Of a DNA stretch of 64,000 bases, positions 1 through 8,205 are shown in pieces. The stretch comes from Candidatus Omnitrophota bacterium (GTDB taxonomy: Bacteria > Omnitrophota > Gorgyraeia > Gygaellales > Profunditerraquicolaceae). Numbering within the stretch: position 1 is the stretch's first letter; each line of letters starts with the position of its first letter. Position numbers and translations under genes: made by a program. The stretch covers positions 7,992 through 71,991 of the forward strand of contig JBAZTA010000003.1 of assembly GCA_041662125.1 (NCBI GenBank). Direction: 5' to 3'. The notes beneath the pieces were generated by a model that saw nothing but the letters and a program-made list of their open reading frames with translations, was not told the origin of the DNA and made no database searches.

Positions 1-60
1 ATCGTGTCAAAGATATTTCCCGGGATAGAGTTGTTCTGGAATCAGAAGGAAAAATATTAG
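1..60 (+). CDS. 3' end of an upstream gene (partial, ...IVSKIFPGIELFWNQKEKY*)
   Basis: Open frame running off the left edge and ending in TAG at 58-60, directly upstream of the secretin gene. Could be a pilus/T2SS inner-membrane component, but this cannot be shown from 19 residues. Confidence 0.2.
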   Translation: MVSKIFPGIELFWNQKEKY

Positions 61-70
61 AAATAACACG

Positions 71-1603
71 ATGAAGAAATTCCCTGTATTACTTATATGT
101 TTTGTTCTTATGTTCCCGTTACTTGCGCCTGCTCAAGGGGTAACGGGAAAAGTCATAACGTTAGATGTTAAAGATATCGATATTGCTGATGTTATCCGTA
201 TGATCGCTGATCAGAGCGGGATGAATATCGTTGCTTCGAAAAATGTGCAGGGGGCGGTATCGATCAGTTTAAACAATGTCCCGGTAGAGGTCGCGCTTGA
301 ATCCATATTAAAAGTAAATAATTGCGCCTATATTAAGGAAGGCGATGTTTTGGAGGTTTATACCCTCGCTGAACTAAAGCAGAAAGAGCAGTTTGCCCGT
401 CAGACGACGCGTATTTTTACCTTGCAAAATGTGAAGGCTGTTGATCTTAAGCCGATGTTGCTGTCGCTTAAATCCCCGTTAGGAAGGGTTGAAGTCGAAC
501 CGAAATCCAATCGTGTCATTGTCAGCGATATTGAAGAAAATATGAACACCTTTGATGAGGCGATACGCGAAATCGACCGAAAGATGGAGACGAAAGTTTA
601 CCGCCTTAATTATGCTAGGCCTATTGATCTGCAGAAAAATATCCTGGGGATCATTCCTGCTACTGAAGGGGATGTCCTCGTTGATGACCGCACGAATAGC
701 CTTGTGGTTACTGCTTCGCCGCTTTTATTGAATAAGCTTGATGTATTAATACGCAGCTGGGATAAGCAGGTCCCGCAGGTGTTGATAGAAGCTAAAATCA
801 TGCAGGTCACGTTGGAAAAAGGAAAATTTGTCGGATTGGATTGGAAGTATCAAAATCCCGAATCTTATTCCGTTACTGTGGGCGCAAAAGATTTGCCTAT
901 ACCGACAGGCGCGACCTACGTTGAAGCTTTTAAGATCGGTGTCCTTGATCAGGATGATTATCAGGTTACCTTACGGACCCTGGAGAAATCAAGTGACGCG
1001 AACTTGATCTCAAGCCCCAGTATCGTCGCACTTGAAAACCAGGAGGCGCGGATCCTGATAGGATCGAGTGAGCCTTATGAGGTGTTTCATTACGACGCTG
1101 AAGGCCATGTAACGGGTAAGGAGCTTAAGTTTGTGGAAGTCGGTATAAAGTTGACGGTAATTCCTAAAATTTCCGATGACGGCTATATTACGATGACTAT
1201 TCATCCGGAAGTAAGTACTCCCCGGATAGGGACGGCAACTAACGCTTTAGCTATTGATACCACCGAAGCAACGACTGTGATGACTGTTAAAAACGGCAAT
1301 ACCGTGGCCTTAGGAGGCCTCATAAAGGATGAAAAAGAAAAGCATATTGCGCGCGTTCCGATACTGGGTGAGATCCCGCTTATTAAGTACTTGTTTCAAA
1401 ACAGTTTTACAAAAATCGTAAAAAAAGAGATCATTATTTTTATCACTCCGCACATTATAGGTGGGGACCGAAAAACCATCCCCTTTACCGAATCCGGGTT
1501 TTCAGCAATGAGGGATGACGCAATGGTAAAAGCTATAGGTATATTCGCGCCTCAGGCGACCGCCGATATCAGAAATAAACGTGAGAAAAAAAATAAAAAA
1601 TAA
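71..1603 (+). CDS. Secretin (PilQ/GspD family) outer-membrane channel
   Basis: N-terminal signal peptide (MKKFPVLLICFVLMFPLLAPAQG). Secretin_N-like repeats and a C-terminal secretin domain (VTASPLLLNKLDVLIRSWD, ISSPSIVALENQEARILIGSSEPY, VPILGEIPLIKYLF). Confidence 0.85.
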   Translation: MKKFPVLLICFVLMFPLLAPAQGVTGKVITLDVKDIDIADVIRMIADQSGMNIVASKNVQGAVSISLNNVPVEVALESILKVNNCAYIKEGDVLEVYTLAELKQKEQFARQTTRIFTLQNVKAVDLKPMLLSLKSPLGRVEVEPKSNRVIVSDIEENMNTFDEAIREIDRKMETKVYRLNYARPIDLQKNILGIIPATEGDVLVDDRTNSLVVTASPLLLNKLDVLIRSWDKQVPQVLIEAKIMQVTLEKGKFVGLDWKYQNPESYSVTVGAKDLPIPTGATYVEAFKIGVLDQDDYQVTLRTLEKSSDANLISSPSIVALENQEARILIGSSEPYEVFHYDAEGHVTGKELKFVEVGIKLTVIPKISDDGYITMTIHPEVSTPRIGTATNALAIDTTEATTVMTVKNGNTVALGGLIKDEKEKHIARVPILGEIPLIKYLFQNSFTKIVKKEIIIFITPHIIGGDRKTIPFTESGFSAMRDDAMVKAIGIFAPQATADIRNKREKKNKK

Positions 1604-2360
1604 CCTTTGGGTAATTATTTCTTTTTTAGTAATTATCTTTTTGACCAGCGTTAGCCTCCAAAATAAGAAGTTCCTATCTTTGAGTTTTTCCAAAAGCCGC
1701 GATATCCCATTATTAAGCCAGGTTGACAAGAACCAAAGCCTTAATAAAAGCGTATTAAAAATCGGGGCAAAAAATAATGCGCGTTTTGATCCGCGCCTAA
1801 AATTGTTAGGCACTATAGTGGGTAATCCTTCGCTTGCGTATGTTTTTAATCTTGCAAGCAATAAAAATGAGTTTTATCGAGTTGATGATATGATCAATGA
1901 TGTCCAACTTGTCGGTATTGGATCAGGGAAGATCCTTTTGAGTAAGTTGGGTGTCACTCAAGAATTAGCATTGGGCCGAGAGGGGGCAAGGTTTGAGAAT
2001 CCGTATATTGCCGAAGAGAAGAGTAGGGATAATGAAATCGTGATCAGTAAGTCTTTTGTGTTTGAAGAGGTTAAAAGAGCAAATGAAATATTAAGGACGG
2101 TCAAGATCCTTCCTATACCGGATGAGGGTCCTACTAATCGATTAAAAGGATTCAGGATCGATAATGTGCCTGGAGGAAGTATTTTTGATAAGGCTGGATT
2201 AAAAAGTGGAGATGTGATCTGTTTTATTCAGGGGCAGAGGCTGGAAAGCGCTTTAGAAGCTGTCCGCATATTCCATACGGTTCAGAATCAGCCTGAGGTT
2301 AAGGTTGATTTGATGAGGAATAATGAAATGTTGACATTGCGATATAAAATCAGAAACTAG
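1581..2360 (+). CDS. GspC/PilP-like secretin-associated protein with C-terminal PDZ domain
   Basis: N-terminal TM helix, a central region similar to a GspC homology-region beta domain, and a PDZ-like C-terminus (GGSIFDKAGLKSGDVICFIQGQRL). Its position between the secretin and GspE supports the assignment. Confidence 0.45.
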   Translation: MRKKIKNNLWVIISFLVIIFLTSVSLQNKKFLSLSFSKSRDIPLLSQVDKNQSLNKSVLKIGAKNNARFDPRLKLLGTIVGNPSLAYVFNLASNKNEFYRVDDMINDVQLVGIGSGKILLSKLGVTQELALGREGARFENPYIAEEKSRDNEIVISKSFVFEEVKRANEILRTVKILPIPDEGPTNRLKGFRIDNVPGGSIFDKAGLKSGDVICFIQGQRLESALEAVRIFHTVQNQPEVKVDLMRNNEMLTLRYKIRN

Positions 2361-2371
2361 CCAGGGTAGAA

Positions 2372-4072
2372 GTGAAGATGAATAAAAAAATCGATCTAGA
2401 AAAAGAATTAAAGGAAAATCTTAAAATAAAAGATAATCTCTGGAAGGAATGCCTGCAAGAACAGGAAAATTCAGGTGATCTTTTAAGTAGGATCATGATC
2501 AGTAAAGGATTAGCGAGTGAAGATGACCTGCTTTTCTTGTTTTCTCGCCTGTTGAAGATCCCCTATATAAGAATTAAAGAACTGGATATCGATATTGAAT
2601 GTATTAAGAAAATCCCCGCGAAATTAGTAAAACATTATAATTTCTTCCCCCTTAAACAAGTTAACGGAAAGTTAAAGGTCGCGATCAGTGACCCCAGCGA
2701 TATCGTGCTGCTTGATGAGATCAGGCTTTTTTTAGGTGAGAATATTGAGTTTGTTATCGCTAGTTCTAAGAATATTTTAGAGTCAATTCAAGAGTTCTAT
2801 GGCTTAGGCGCGGAAACGTTAGAAAAGATGGTTACGGATGCGTCTATTGACCTGGAAATATTAAAGACGAAAAGCGATGAAGATATAAAAGATGCCACTC
2901 TTGATCCTACGGTTATTAAATTCCTCAATGAAGTTCTTGTTGAGGCAATAAAAAAACGGGCGACCGATATCCATCTTGAACCCTTTGAAGAAGAGTTGAG
3001 GATCCGCTATAGGATAGATGGCGTTTTGTATGAAGTGCCGTGTCCGGCTTCAATCAAACATTTTCAATCTTCGATCGCATCCAGGATTAAGGTTATGGCA
3101 AGCCTTGATATTACGGAAAAGCGCAGGCCCCAGGACGGCAGGATCAAGGTCCGTATGGGAAATGAAGTTTTTGATCTGCGTGTTTCGGTGTTACCGACTC
3201 CTTTTGGGGAAAGTATCGGGATAAGGATACTTTCACGGGGGACTCCGTTAATTGGGCTCGAACAATTAGGAATGCCTGTGGAAACGTTGAATATTATTGA
3301 AGAGGCGATTGTTAGGCCGTATGGGATAATTTTAGCTACCGGGCCAACGGGGAGCGGTAAAACAACCACGCTTTATTCTTGTTTAAGTAAAATAAATTCC
3401 GCACAACGAAAAATAATTACCGTTGAAGACCCCATAGAGTATCAATTAAAGGGTATTACTCAGATGCAGGTGGAGCCGAAGATCGGCTTTACCTTTGCCA
3501 CTGCGCTGCGTTCAATGTTGCGCCATGACCCTAATGTCATGATGGTTGGCGAGATCCGCGATACCGAAACTGCGGAATTGGCGGTAAGGACTTCTTTGAC
3601 CGGGCATTTGGTTTTTAGTACCCTGCATACAAATGACGCTGCCGGGGCAATCGCGCGGCTTTCAGATATGGGAGTTGATACATTTTTGGTTTCTTCTTCG
3701 ATCAATCTGATCATCGCGCAGAGATTGGTAAGGCTTATTTGCCCTGATTGTAAAGATGAAGTTTCTCCTCAGCAAGAATTTTTGCAGAAATTTGATGCTA
3801 ACGATAAACTTAATATACAGTTTTACCATGGCAGCGGATGTGAAAAGTGTCGTTTTACCGGATATCAAGGCAGAAGTGGTATTTTTGAAGTGCTGGTTGT
3901 AAATGATGATATAAAGGCAATGATCCTTAATAATGTCGCCCCGAATAAGCTGAAACAAAAAGCCATTTCTTTAGGGATGAAGACATTACGTGATGCTGGT
4001 TTGGAAAAGGTAAAAAAAGGGTTGACTACGTTAGAAGAAGTAGTCAGGGTGACGCAAGAAGAAGAGGGGTAG
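2372..4072 (+). CDS. gspE: Type II secretion / type IV pilus assembly ATPase (GspE/PilB family)
   Basis: T2SSE N-domain and Walker A GPTGSGKTTT. Asp and His boxes (VMMVGEIRDTETAELAVRTSLTGHLVFSTLHTND). Tetracysteine Zn motif CPDC...CEKC. Confidence 0.9.
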   Translation: MKMNKKIDLEKELKENLKIKDNLWKECLQEQENSGDLLSRIMISKGLASEDDLLFLFSRLLKIPYIRIKELDIDIECIKKIPAKLVKHYNFFPLKQVNGKLKVAISDPSDIVLLDEIRLFLGENIEFVIASSKNILESIQEFYGLGAETLEKMVTDASIDLEILKTKSDEDIKDATLDPTVIKFLNEVLVEAIKKRATDIHLEPFEEELRIRYRIDGVLYEVPCPASIKHFQSSIASRIKVMASLDITEKRRPQDGRIKVRMGNEVFDLRVSVLPTPFGESIGIRILSRGTPLIGLEQLGMPVETLNIIEEAIVRPYGIILATGPTGSGKTTTLYSCLSKINSAQRKIITVEDPIEYQLKGITQMQVEPKIGFTFATALRSMLRHDPNVMMVGEIRDTETAELAVRTSLTGHLVFSTLHTNDAAGAIARLSDMGVDTFLVSSSINLIIAQRLVRLICPDCKDEVSPQQEFLQKFDANDKLNIQFYHGSGCEKCRFTGYQGRSGIFEVLVVNDDIKAMILNNVAPNKLKQKAISLGMKTLRDAGLEKVKKGLTTLEEVVRVTQEEEG

Positions 4073-4083
4073 TTGTTGGTCGT

Positions 4084-4896
4084 ATGAAGAATAAAGATCA
4101 CATGAAACTCATAATTCTGGCAGTATTAACGCTGGTAACTTATATTCCGACATTTATCTGGATGGTTCAGCGATGGAGCGCTGCTGATACTTACTATAGC
4201 CATGGATTCCTTATTCCTTTGATAAGTTGTTTCATTGTTTGGCGTAAGAGGGAGATTTTATGTAAATTACTTAAAGAATCTTCTGGTTGGGGGTGGTTGT
4301 TTTTTATTGTTGGGGTAGTTATCCATAGTATCAGTGCTCTTTGGCAAGTGTCTTTTTCTTCCGGGTTTTCTTTAATTCTTGTTTTGATCGGTTTAATCCT
4401 GTTGTTTTATGGAAAAGATTTTTTAAAGCATCTAATGTTTCCTGTGTTGTTTTTAGTTTTTATGATCCCCTTGCCCATGGTTGCAATTGCGAATTTAAGC
4501 TTTCGCTTAAAGATCTTCGCTTCGCAGATAGCAACGATAATTGTTAATAAGCTGGGCATTTTGGCAATACGGGAGGGAAGTGTCATAAAAACAGCGCACT
4601 CTTATGTTGTGGTGGAAGATCCGTGTTCCGGAATACGTTCACTGATCGCTTTGATCGCTTTGGGTGTTTTGATGGCATATCTAAGCAATGTGTCTCGCAC
4701 AAAAAAGATGATCCTGTTTTTATCTTCAATCCCAATCGCATTATGCGCAAACATAATAAGAATAACTGTTTTAGCGTTAATCAGTGAAATCTACGGTTCG
4801 GCGGTTGCCACAGGAAAGGTCCATGATGTTATGGGAGTCCTGGTTTTTGTTTTTGCTTTTGCTGGGCTTGCGATGGTCAGAAAGATATTAGAATAA
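4084..4896 (+). CDS. Exosortase (EpsH/Xrt family transpeptidase)
   Basis: Polytopic membrane protein with the hallmark YSHGFLIPLI motif and the active-site-like DPCSGIRSL (Cys-x-G-x-R-S-L). It is followed by an EpsI-like gene and PEP-CTERM substrates. Confidence 0.78.
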   Translation: MKNKDHMKLIILAVLTLVTYIPTFIWMVQRWSAADTYYSHGFLIPLISCFIVWRKREILCKLLKESSGWGWLFFIVGVVIHSISALWQVSFSSGFSLILVLIGLILLFYGKDFLKHLMFPVLFLVFMIPLPMVAIANLSFRLKIFASQIATIIVNKLGILAIREGSVIKTAHSYVVVEDPCSGIRSLIALIALGVLMAYLSNVSRTKKMILFLSSIPIALCANIIRITVLALISEIYGSAVATGKVHDVMGVLVFVFAFAGLAMVRKILE

Positions 4897-4897
4897 G

Positions 4898-5518
4898 ATG
4901 AATAATAAAATTTATTCAATTGTTGTGGTAATCTTAGTTTTTGCGGCATTAATTAGTTATGCCGCTTATTTTCCCACCAAACTTGCTTCTCAGACAGAAA
5001 GGATGATCTCTGATTTTCCTTTAGTAATCGGCGAGTGGACTGGTGAGGATATGGTTTTAAGTGACAGGGTGTATGAGTTATTAGAAACCAGGAATTTGAT
5101 CATGCGTAACTACCATAATAAAAAGGGCGAAATCATCAATCTTTATATCGTTTATTCTCAAGATAACCGAAAGGTCAGTCATCCTCCGGAAATTTGTTTG
5201 CAAGGAGATGGCGCAGCTATTGTTGATAAATCTACTCTTCAAGTAACAGATTCGATAGTAGCAAATAAATTAGTTATAGAGAAAGAGTTATCCCGGGAAT
5301 TAGGCGTTTATTGGTATAAAGCGGGAAAAGTGTATTCAAATAATTATATATTACAGCAATTGAGGTCATCTTTAGGGGGGATGTTTGGAAAGCGGGTATC
5401 TTCCGCGTTAATCAGGGTATTAACTTCGGTTGAAGGTGGAAAAGATGATCTGGCGTTAACTAGAATTAAGGAGTTTTGTAGGCTTATTGAGCCTTTGTTG
5501 CCGCAGTATGTGCCGTAA
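4898..5518 (+). CDS. Exosortase-associated EpsI-family protein
   Basis: About 200 aa with one N-terminal TM helix, immediately downstream of the exosortase with a 1-nt gap. This is the typical EpsH-EpsI arrangement. Confidence 0.55.
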   Translation: MNNKIYSIVVVILVFAALISYAAYFPTKLASQTERMISDFPLVIGEWTGEDMVLSDRVYELLETRNLIMRNYHNKKGEIINLYIVYSQDNRKVSHPPEICLQGDGAAIVDKSTLQVTDSIVANKLVIEKELSRELGVYWYKAGKVYSNNYILQQLRSSLGGMFGKRVSSALIRVLTSVEGGKDDLALTRIKEFCRLIEPLLPQYVP

Positions 5519-5528
5519 TTTGTAATTT

Positions 5529-5582
5529 AAGACCCGGTCTTATCTGTAACTAAGTGTTACATGCCAAGACCGGGTCTTTTTA
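5529..5582 (+). terminator. Hairpin plus T-run terminator; also copy A of the REP-like palindromic repeat family
   Basis: AAGACCCGGTCTT ... AAGACCGGGTCTT inverted repeat with about a 24-nt loop, followed by TTTTT, just after the EpsI stop. Confidence 0.6.
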
Positions 5583-5621
5583 TGTTGTTGCTACCCGTAT
5601 AATTTGTTTATAATAGTAAAG

Positions 5622-5650
5622 AGTAGTTATCTTATTTATTTATAACTACT
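5622..5650. promoter_or_regulatory. Perfect 9-bp inverted repeat AGTAGTTAT-N11-ATAACTACT (candidate enhancer/UAS)
   Basis: Lies about 180 bp upstream of a sigma-54-like -24/-12 element, in a 300-bp AT-rich leader. Confidence 0.3.
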
Positions 5651-5818
5651 TATGATAATATCACCTGAAAACGCTTTCAATGATGTTGAAATTAGTGAAC
5701 AACCGCATTCTATAGTATTTCCCCTTTTCTAATTAATTATTTTTTAACAAGAAAAACAATAGAAGTATCTGCAGTATATATACTTAAAAACTTAATAAAA
5801 TTATTTATAAATATAGGG

Positions 5819-5835
5819 TTGGCATGGATAATGCT
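5819..5835 (+). promoter_or_regulatory. Candidate sigma-54 (-24/-12) promoter TTGGCATGGATAATGCT
   Basis: GG and GC dinucleotides spaced exactly as in TGGCAC-N5-TTGC. Sits about 45 bp upstream of the sugar-transferase start. rpoN and a sigma-54 activator are encoded nearby. Confidence 0.45.
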
Positions 5836-5880
5836 CTTAAGAAGATGATGGATTCATAGAAAATGAATTAAAAGGAAAAG

Positions 5881-6753
5881 ATGGGTAAAAAGACTATAAA
5901 AAAGAGAAAGTTTGAACGAACAATGAAAAGAATCAGTGTTGGCATATTATTAGTAATGTTGCTTTTTGTTTTAGAGCCTGTTTTGAGGGGTAAAGATATC
6001 TTTGCTATCACTTATTTGGGAAATCCGATTTCCTATGAACAAAACAATCAAATGAGCGTAGAATTTACTCAAACTCCGATTAAGAAGACTTTTGCCCCGG
6101 AACCGAGCTCATTTTTACTCATTTTGGGCGGTATTGGCGGGATCATTATTAGTTTTGTCCGCAGAAGCTTTGATAAGATTAAAAGAGGTTTGGACCTTAT
6201 TTTGGCTATTATTGGTTTGATCATTGGTTCTCCATTACTTATTCTAGCTGCAATCTTTATTAAGATCGATTCCCGAGGGCCTATTGTATATCAACAGAAC
6301 AGAGTTGGCAGGCGCGGGAAGATCTTTAAGATATATAAGCTTAGGACAATGAGGTTGGATGCAGAAAAAGGGACCGGTGCTGTTTGGGCAAAAAGAAACG
6401 ATCCTCGTATTACCGAAATTGGCAAGTTCTTAAGAAAAACGAGAATTGATGAAATTCCTCAATTAATTAATGTTTTAAAGGGTGAAATGAGTATTGTTGG
6501 CCCTCGTCCGGAAAGGCCTGAAATGGTTGTGGATTTTAAGAAGCTTATTTGTGACTATGAGAAAAGGCTTATTGTTAAACCTGGTATAACCGGACTTTCC
6601 CAAATATATAATAGGTACGATGAAACAATAGCTGATGTTAGGAAAAAGGTTAAGTATGATCTTTTATATATAAGGAAAATGTGCTTGTGGGTAGAGATGC
6701 GGATTTTAGCTCAGACTGTCTTTGTTGTTTTTACAGGAAAAGGCGCTAATTAG
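5881..6753 (+). CDS. Bacterial sugar transferase (polyprenyl glycosylphosphotransferase, EpsB/WbaP-C family) with an N-terminal signal peptide and an internal PEP-CTERM-like segment
   Basis: The C-terminal 200 aa carry sugar-transferase motifs (KRGLDLILAIIGL..., DEIPQLINVLKGEMSIVGPRPE). Residues ~72-96 read APEPSSFLLILGGIGGIIISFVRRS, which is a PEP-CTERM signature: PEP, a TM stretch, then Arg-Arg. Confidence 0.8.
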   Translation: MGKKTIKKRKFERTMKRISVGILLVMLLFVLEPVLRGKDIFAITYLGNPISYEQNNQMSVEFTQTPIKKTFAPEPSSFLLILGGIGGIIISFVRRSFDKIKRGLDLILAIIGLIIGSPLLILAAIFIKIDSRGPIVYQQNRVGRRGKIFKIYKLRTMRLDAEKGTGAVWAKRNDPRITEIGKFLRKTRIDEIPQLINVLKGEMSIVGPRPERPEMVVDFKKLICDYEKRLIVKPGITGLSQIYNRYDETIADVRKKVKYDLLYIRKMCLWVEMRILAQTVFVVFTGKGAN

Positions 6754-6768
6754 AAAGGGAATGAAAAT

Positions 6769-7293
6769 ATGAAGAAATTATTAATAGCGTTATTGTTAGT
6801 TGTAGGAGTATTTGCTCTTTCCAAGTCTGCGTTCGCAATACCGTACGCTGATGTCATTAACTACAATTCTCTTATGACAATTGGAATGAGCCACACGTAT
6901 AATTTTAATCTCAATACTGATACTTTGCTCGATGGGGATATTAATGCTGAAGACCAAATTAATTCAGCTGCACTGGCAATTAGCTTTTTTGATGATGAGA
7001 CTGATACGTGGAGACCATCTACTTGGGAACTATCATTGATTGATGTCGATAGTGACCTATACTTATGGGATACTGGTACTTTTCAGGCTAATGTTTACAA
7101 TAGAGTGGTCAATGATCATCAGTTGGAAGTTACCGTTACTAGCTTGTGGGGTGATTTTAATTTAGGTAATGCTTCGTTATCTGGTGATTATACGAATTTG
7201 CCTACTACAGCTCCGGTTCCTGAACCGGCTTCATTGTCTCTTTTAGGTATTGGTTTGTTGGGTTTATTGGGTGGTTTACGAAGGATTAACTAG
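6769..7293 (+). CDS. PEP-CTERM sorting-domain secreted protein
   Basis: Signal peptide. C-terminus reads TTAPVPEPASLSLLGIGLLGLLGGLRRIN followed by stop. Confidence 0.88.
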   Translation: MKKLLIALLLVVGVFALSKSAFAIPYADVINYNSLMTIGMSHTYNFNLNTDTLLDGDINAEDQINSAALAISFFDDETDTWRPSTWELSLIDVDSDLYLWDTGTFQANVYNRVVNDHQLEVTVTSLWGDFNLGNASLSGDYTNLPTTAPVPEPASLSLLGIGLLGLLGGLRRIN

Positions 7294-7356
7294 TTAAGGA
7301 AGATTCTTAGAGCTTAACTAATTGAAAATAGAGAAAAAGAGAGGGGGTGAGAAATA

Positions 7357-7986
7357 GTGAAAAAAGTTATTTTTTTCTTAATTGCGGTTTCGTTTGTTTT
7401 AGGGCTAAACGCAAGTGCTTTTGCTCTTCCGTTTAGTTCTTTAGGTTGGGTTGATCCTAATTATAGCAATTCATGGGATCCTACTACGTCAACTGGTACT
7501 GCAAGGTACCATTTTGATTGGAGTGATCCAGATGTTAGCGTCACATCATTAGAGTTACAATTCGAAGGAGACATTTTTAATTTAAGTCTTCTCGATGCGA
7601 GTGATTTTAATGTAGTAGCGCCTCCATCATGGACTACGACAATGTGGATAGATAATGGAGTGTCTCATTGGGGAATTTCGAGTGGATTAGGAGTTGATTT
7701 TACTCAGTCACCAATAGTAGTTGATGTGAACTATACACTTCTTTCTTCTAGTCGTTATTCATTTGGAGATAGTACTTATGCTGGAGATCTTAATCAATGG
7801 GGATGGGATGAAGCTCAGGGGGCCAATAATGCTTGGTCGCAGAAATATGATTTAGTGGGTACTAGTATTTCGAGCGGCAGGTTGTATACAAGCCCTGGTT
7901 CAACAGCTCCAGTTCCAGAGCCAGCTACAATGTCGTTATTAGGGATAGGTATTTTGGGATTATTTGGTTTACGAAGAAAGTCCTAG
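7357..7986 (+). CDS. PEP-CTERM sorting-domain secreted protein
   Basis: Signal peptide. C-terminus reads STAPVPEPATMSLLGIGILGLFGLRRKS followed by stop. Confidence 0.88.
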   Translation: MKKVIFFLIAVSFVLGLNASAFALPFSSLGWVDPNYSNSWDPTTSTGTARYHFDWSDPDVSVTSLELQFEGDIFNLSLLDASDFNVVAPPSWTTTMWIDNGVSHWGISSGLGVDFTQSPIVVDVNYTLLSSSRYSFGDSTYAGDLNQWGWDEAQGANNAWSQKYDLVGTSISSGRLYTSPGSTAPVPEPATMSLLGIGILGLFGLRRKS

Positions 7987-8053
7987 GCTTTCTTTCGGTG
8001 AAATGATTCTAAAATGCCACCCTCAGAAGTGCATTTTCGAAACTGCAAATAAG

Positions 8054-8090
8054 AGGGGGCAAATCAATATGGTTTGCCCCTTTTTTTTTC
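8054..8090 (+). terminator. Rho-independent terminator
   Basis: GGGGGCAAA-loop-TTTGCCCC followed by a T9 run. Confidence 0.65.
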
Positions 8091-8128
8091 GAAATATGTA
8101 ATATGCTGTGAATTATAAGGTTGCAAGC

Positions 8129-8157
8129 TTGACAAATAAACTTGGTAATGGTATACT
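8129..8157 (+). promoter_or_regulatory. Sigma-70-like promoter TTGACA-N17-TATACT
   Basis: Consensus -35, a 17-nt spacer and a near-consensus -10, about 50 bp upstream of the 8206 gene. Confidence 0.45.
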
Positions 8158-8205
8158 TAAACAAGTTGTTTCAAATTATCAACATTATGATCAATAAGAG
8201 GTTTA

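Noticed and set aside
5881-6200. Reading the PEP-CTERM segment plus sugar transferase as two genes split by a sequencing frameshift
   Set aside because: The frame is continuous with no stop between the PEP unit and the transferase domain, so as given this is one ORF. Resequencing is still advisable.
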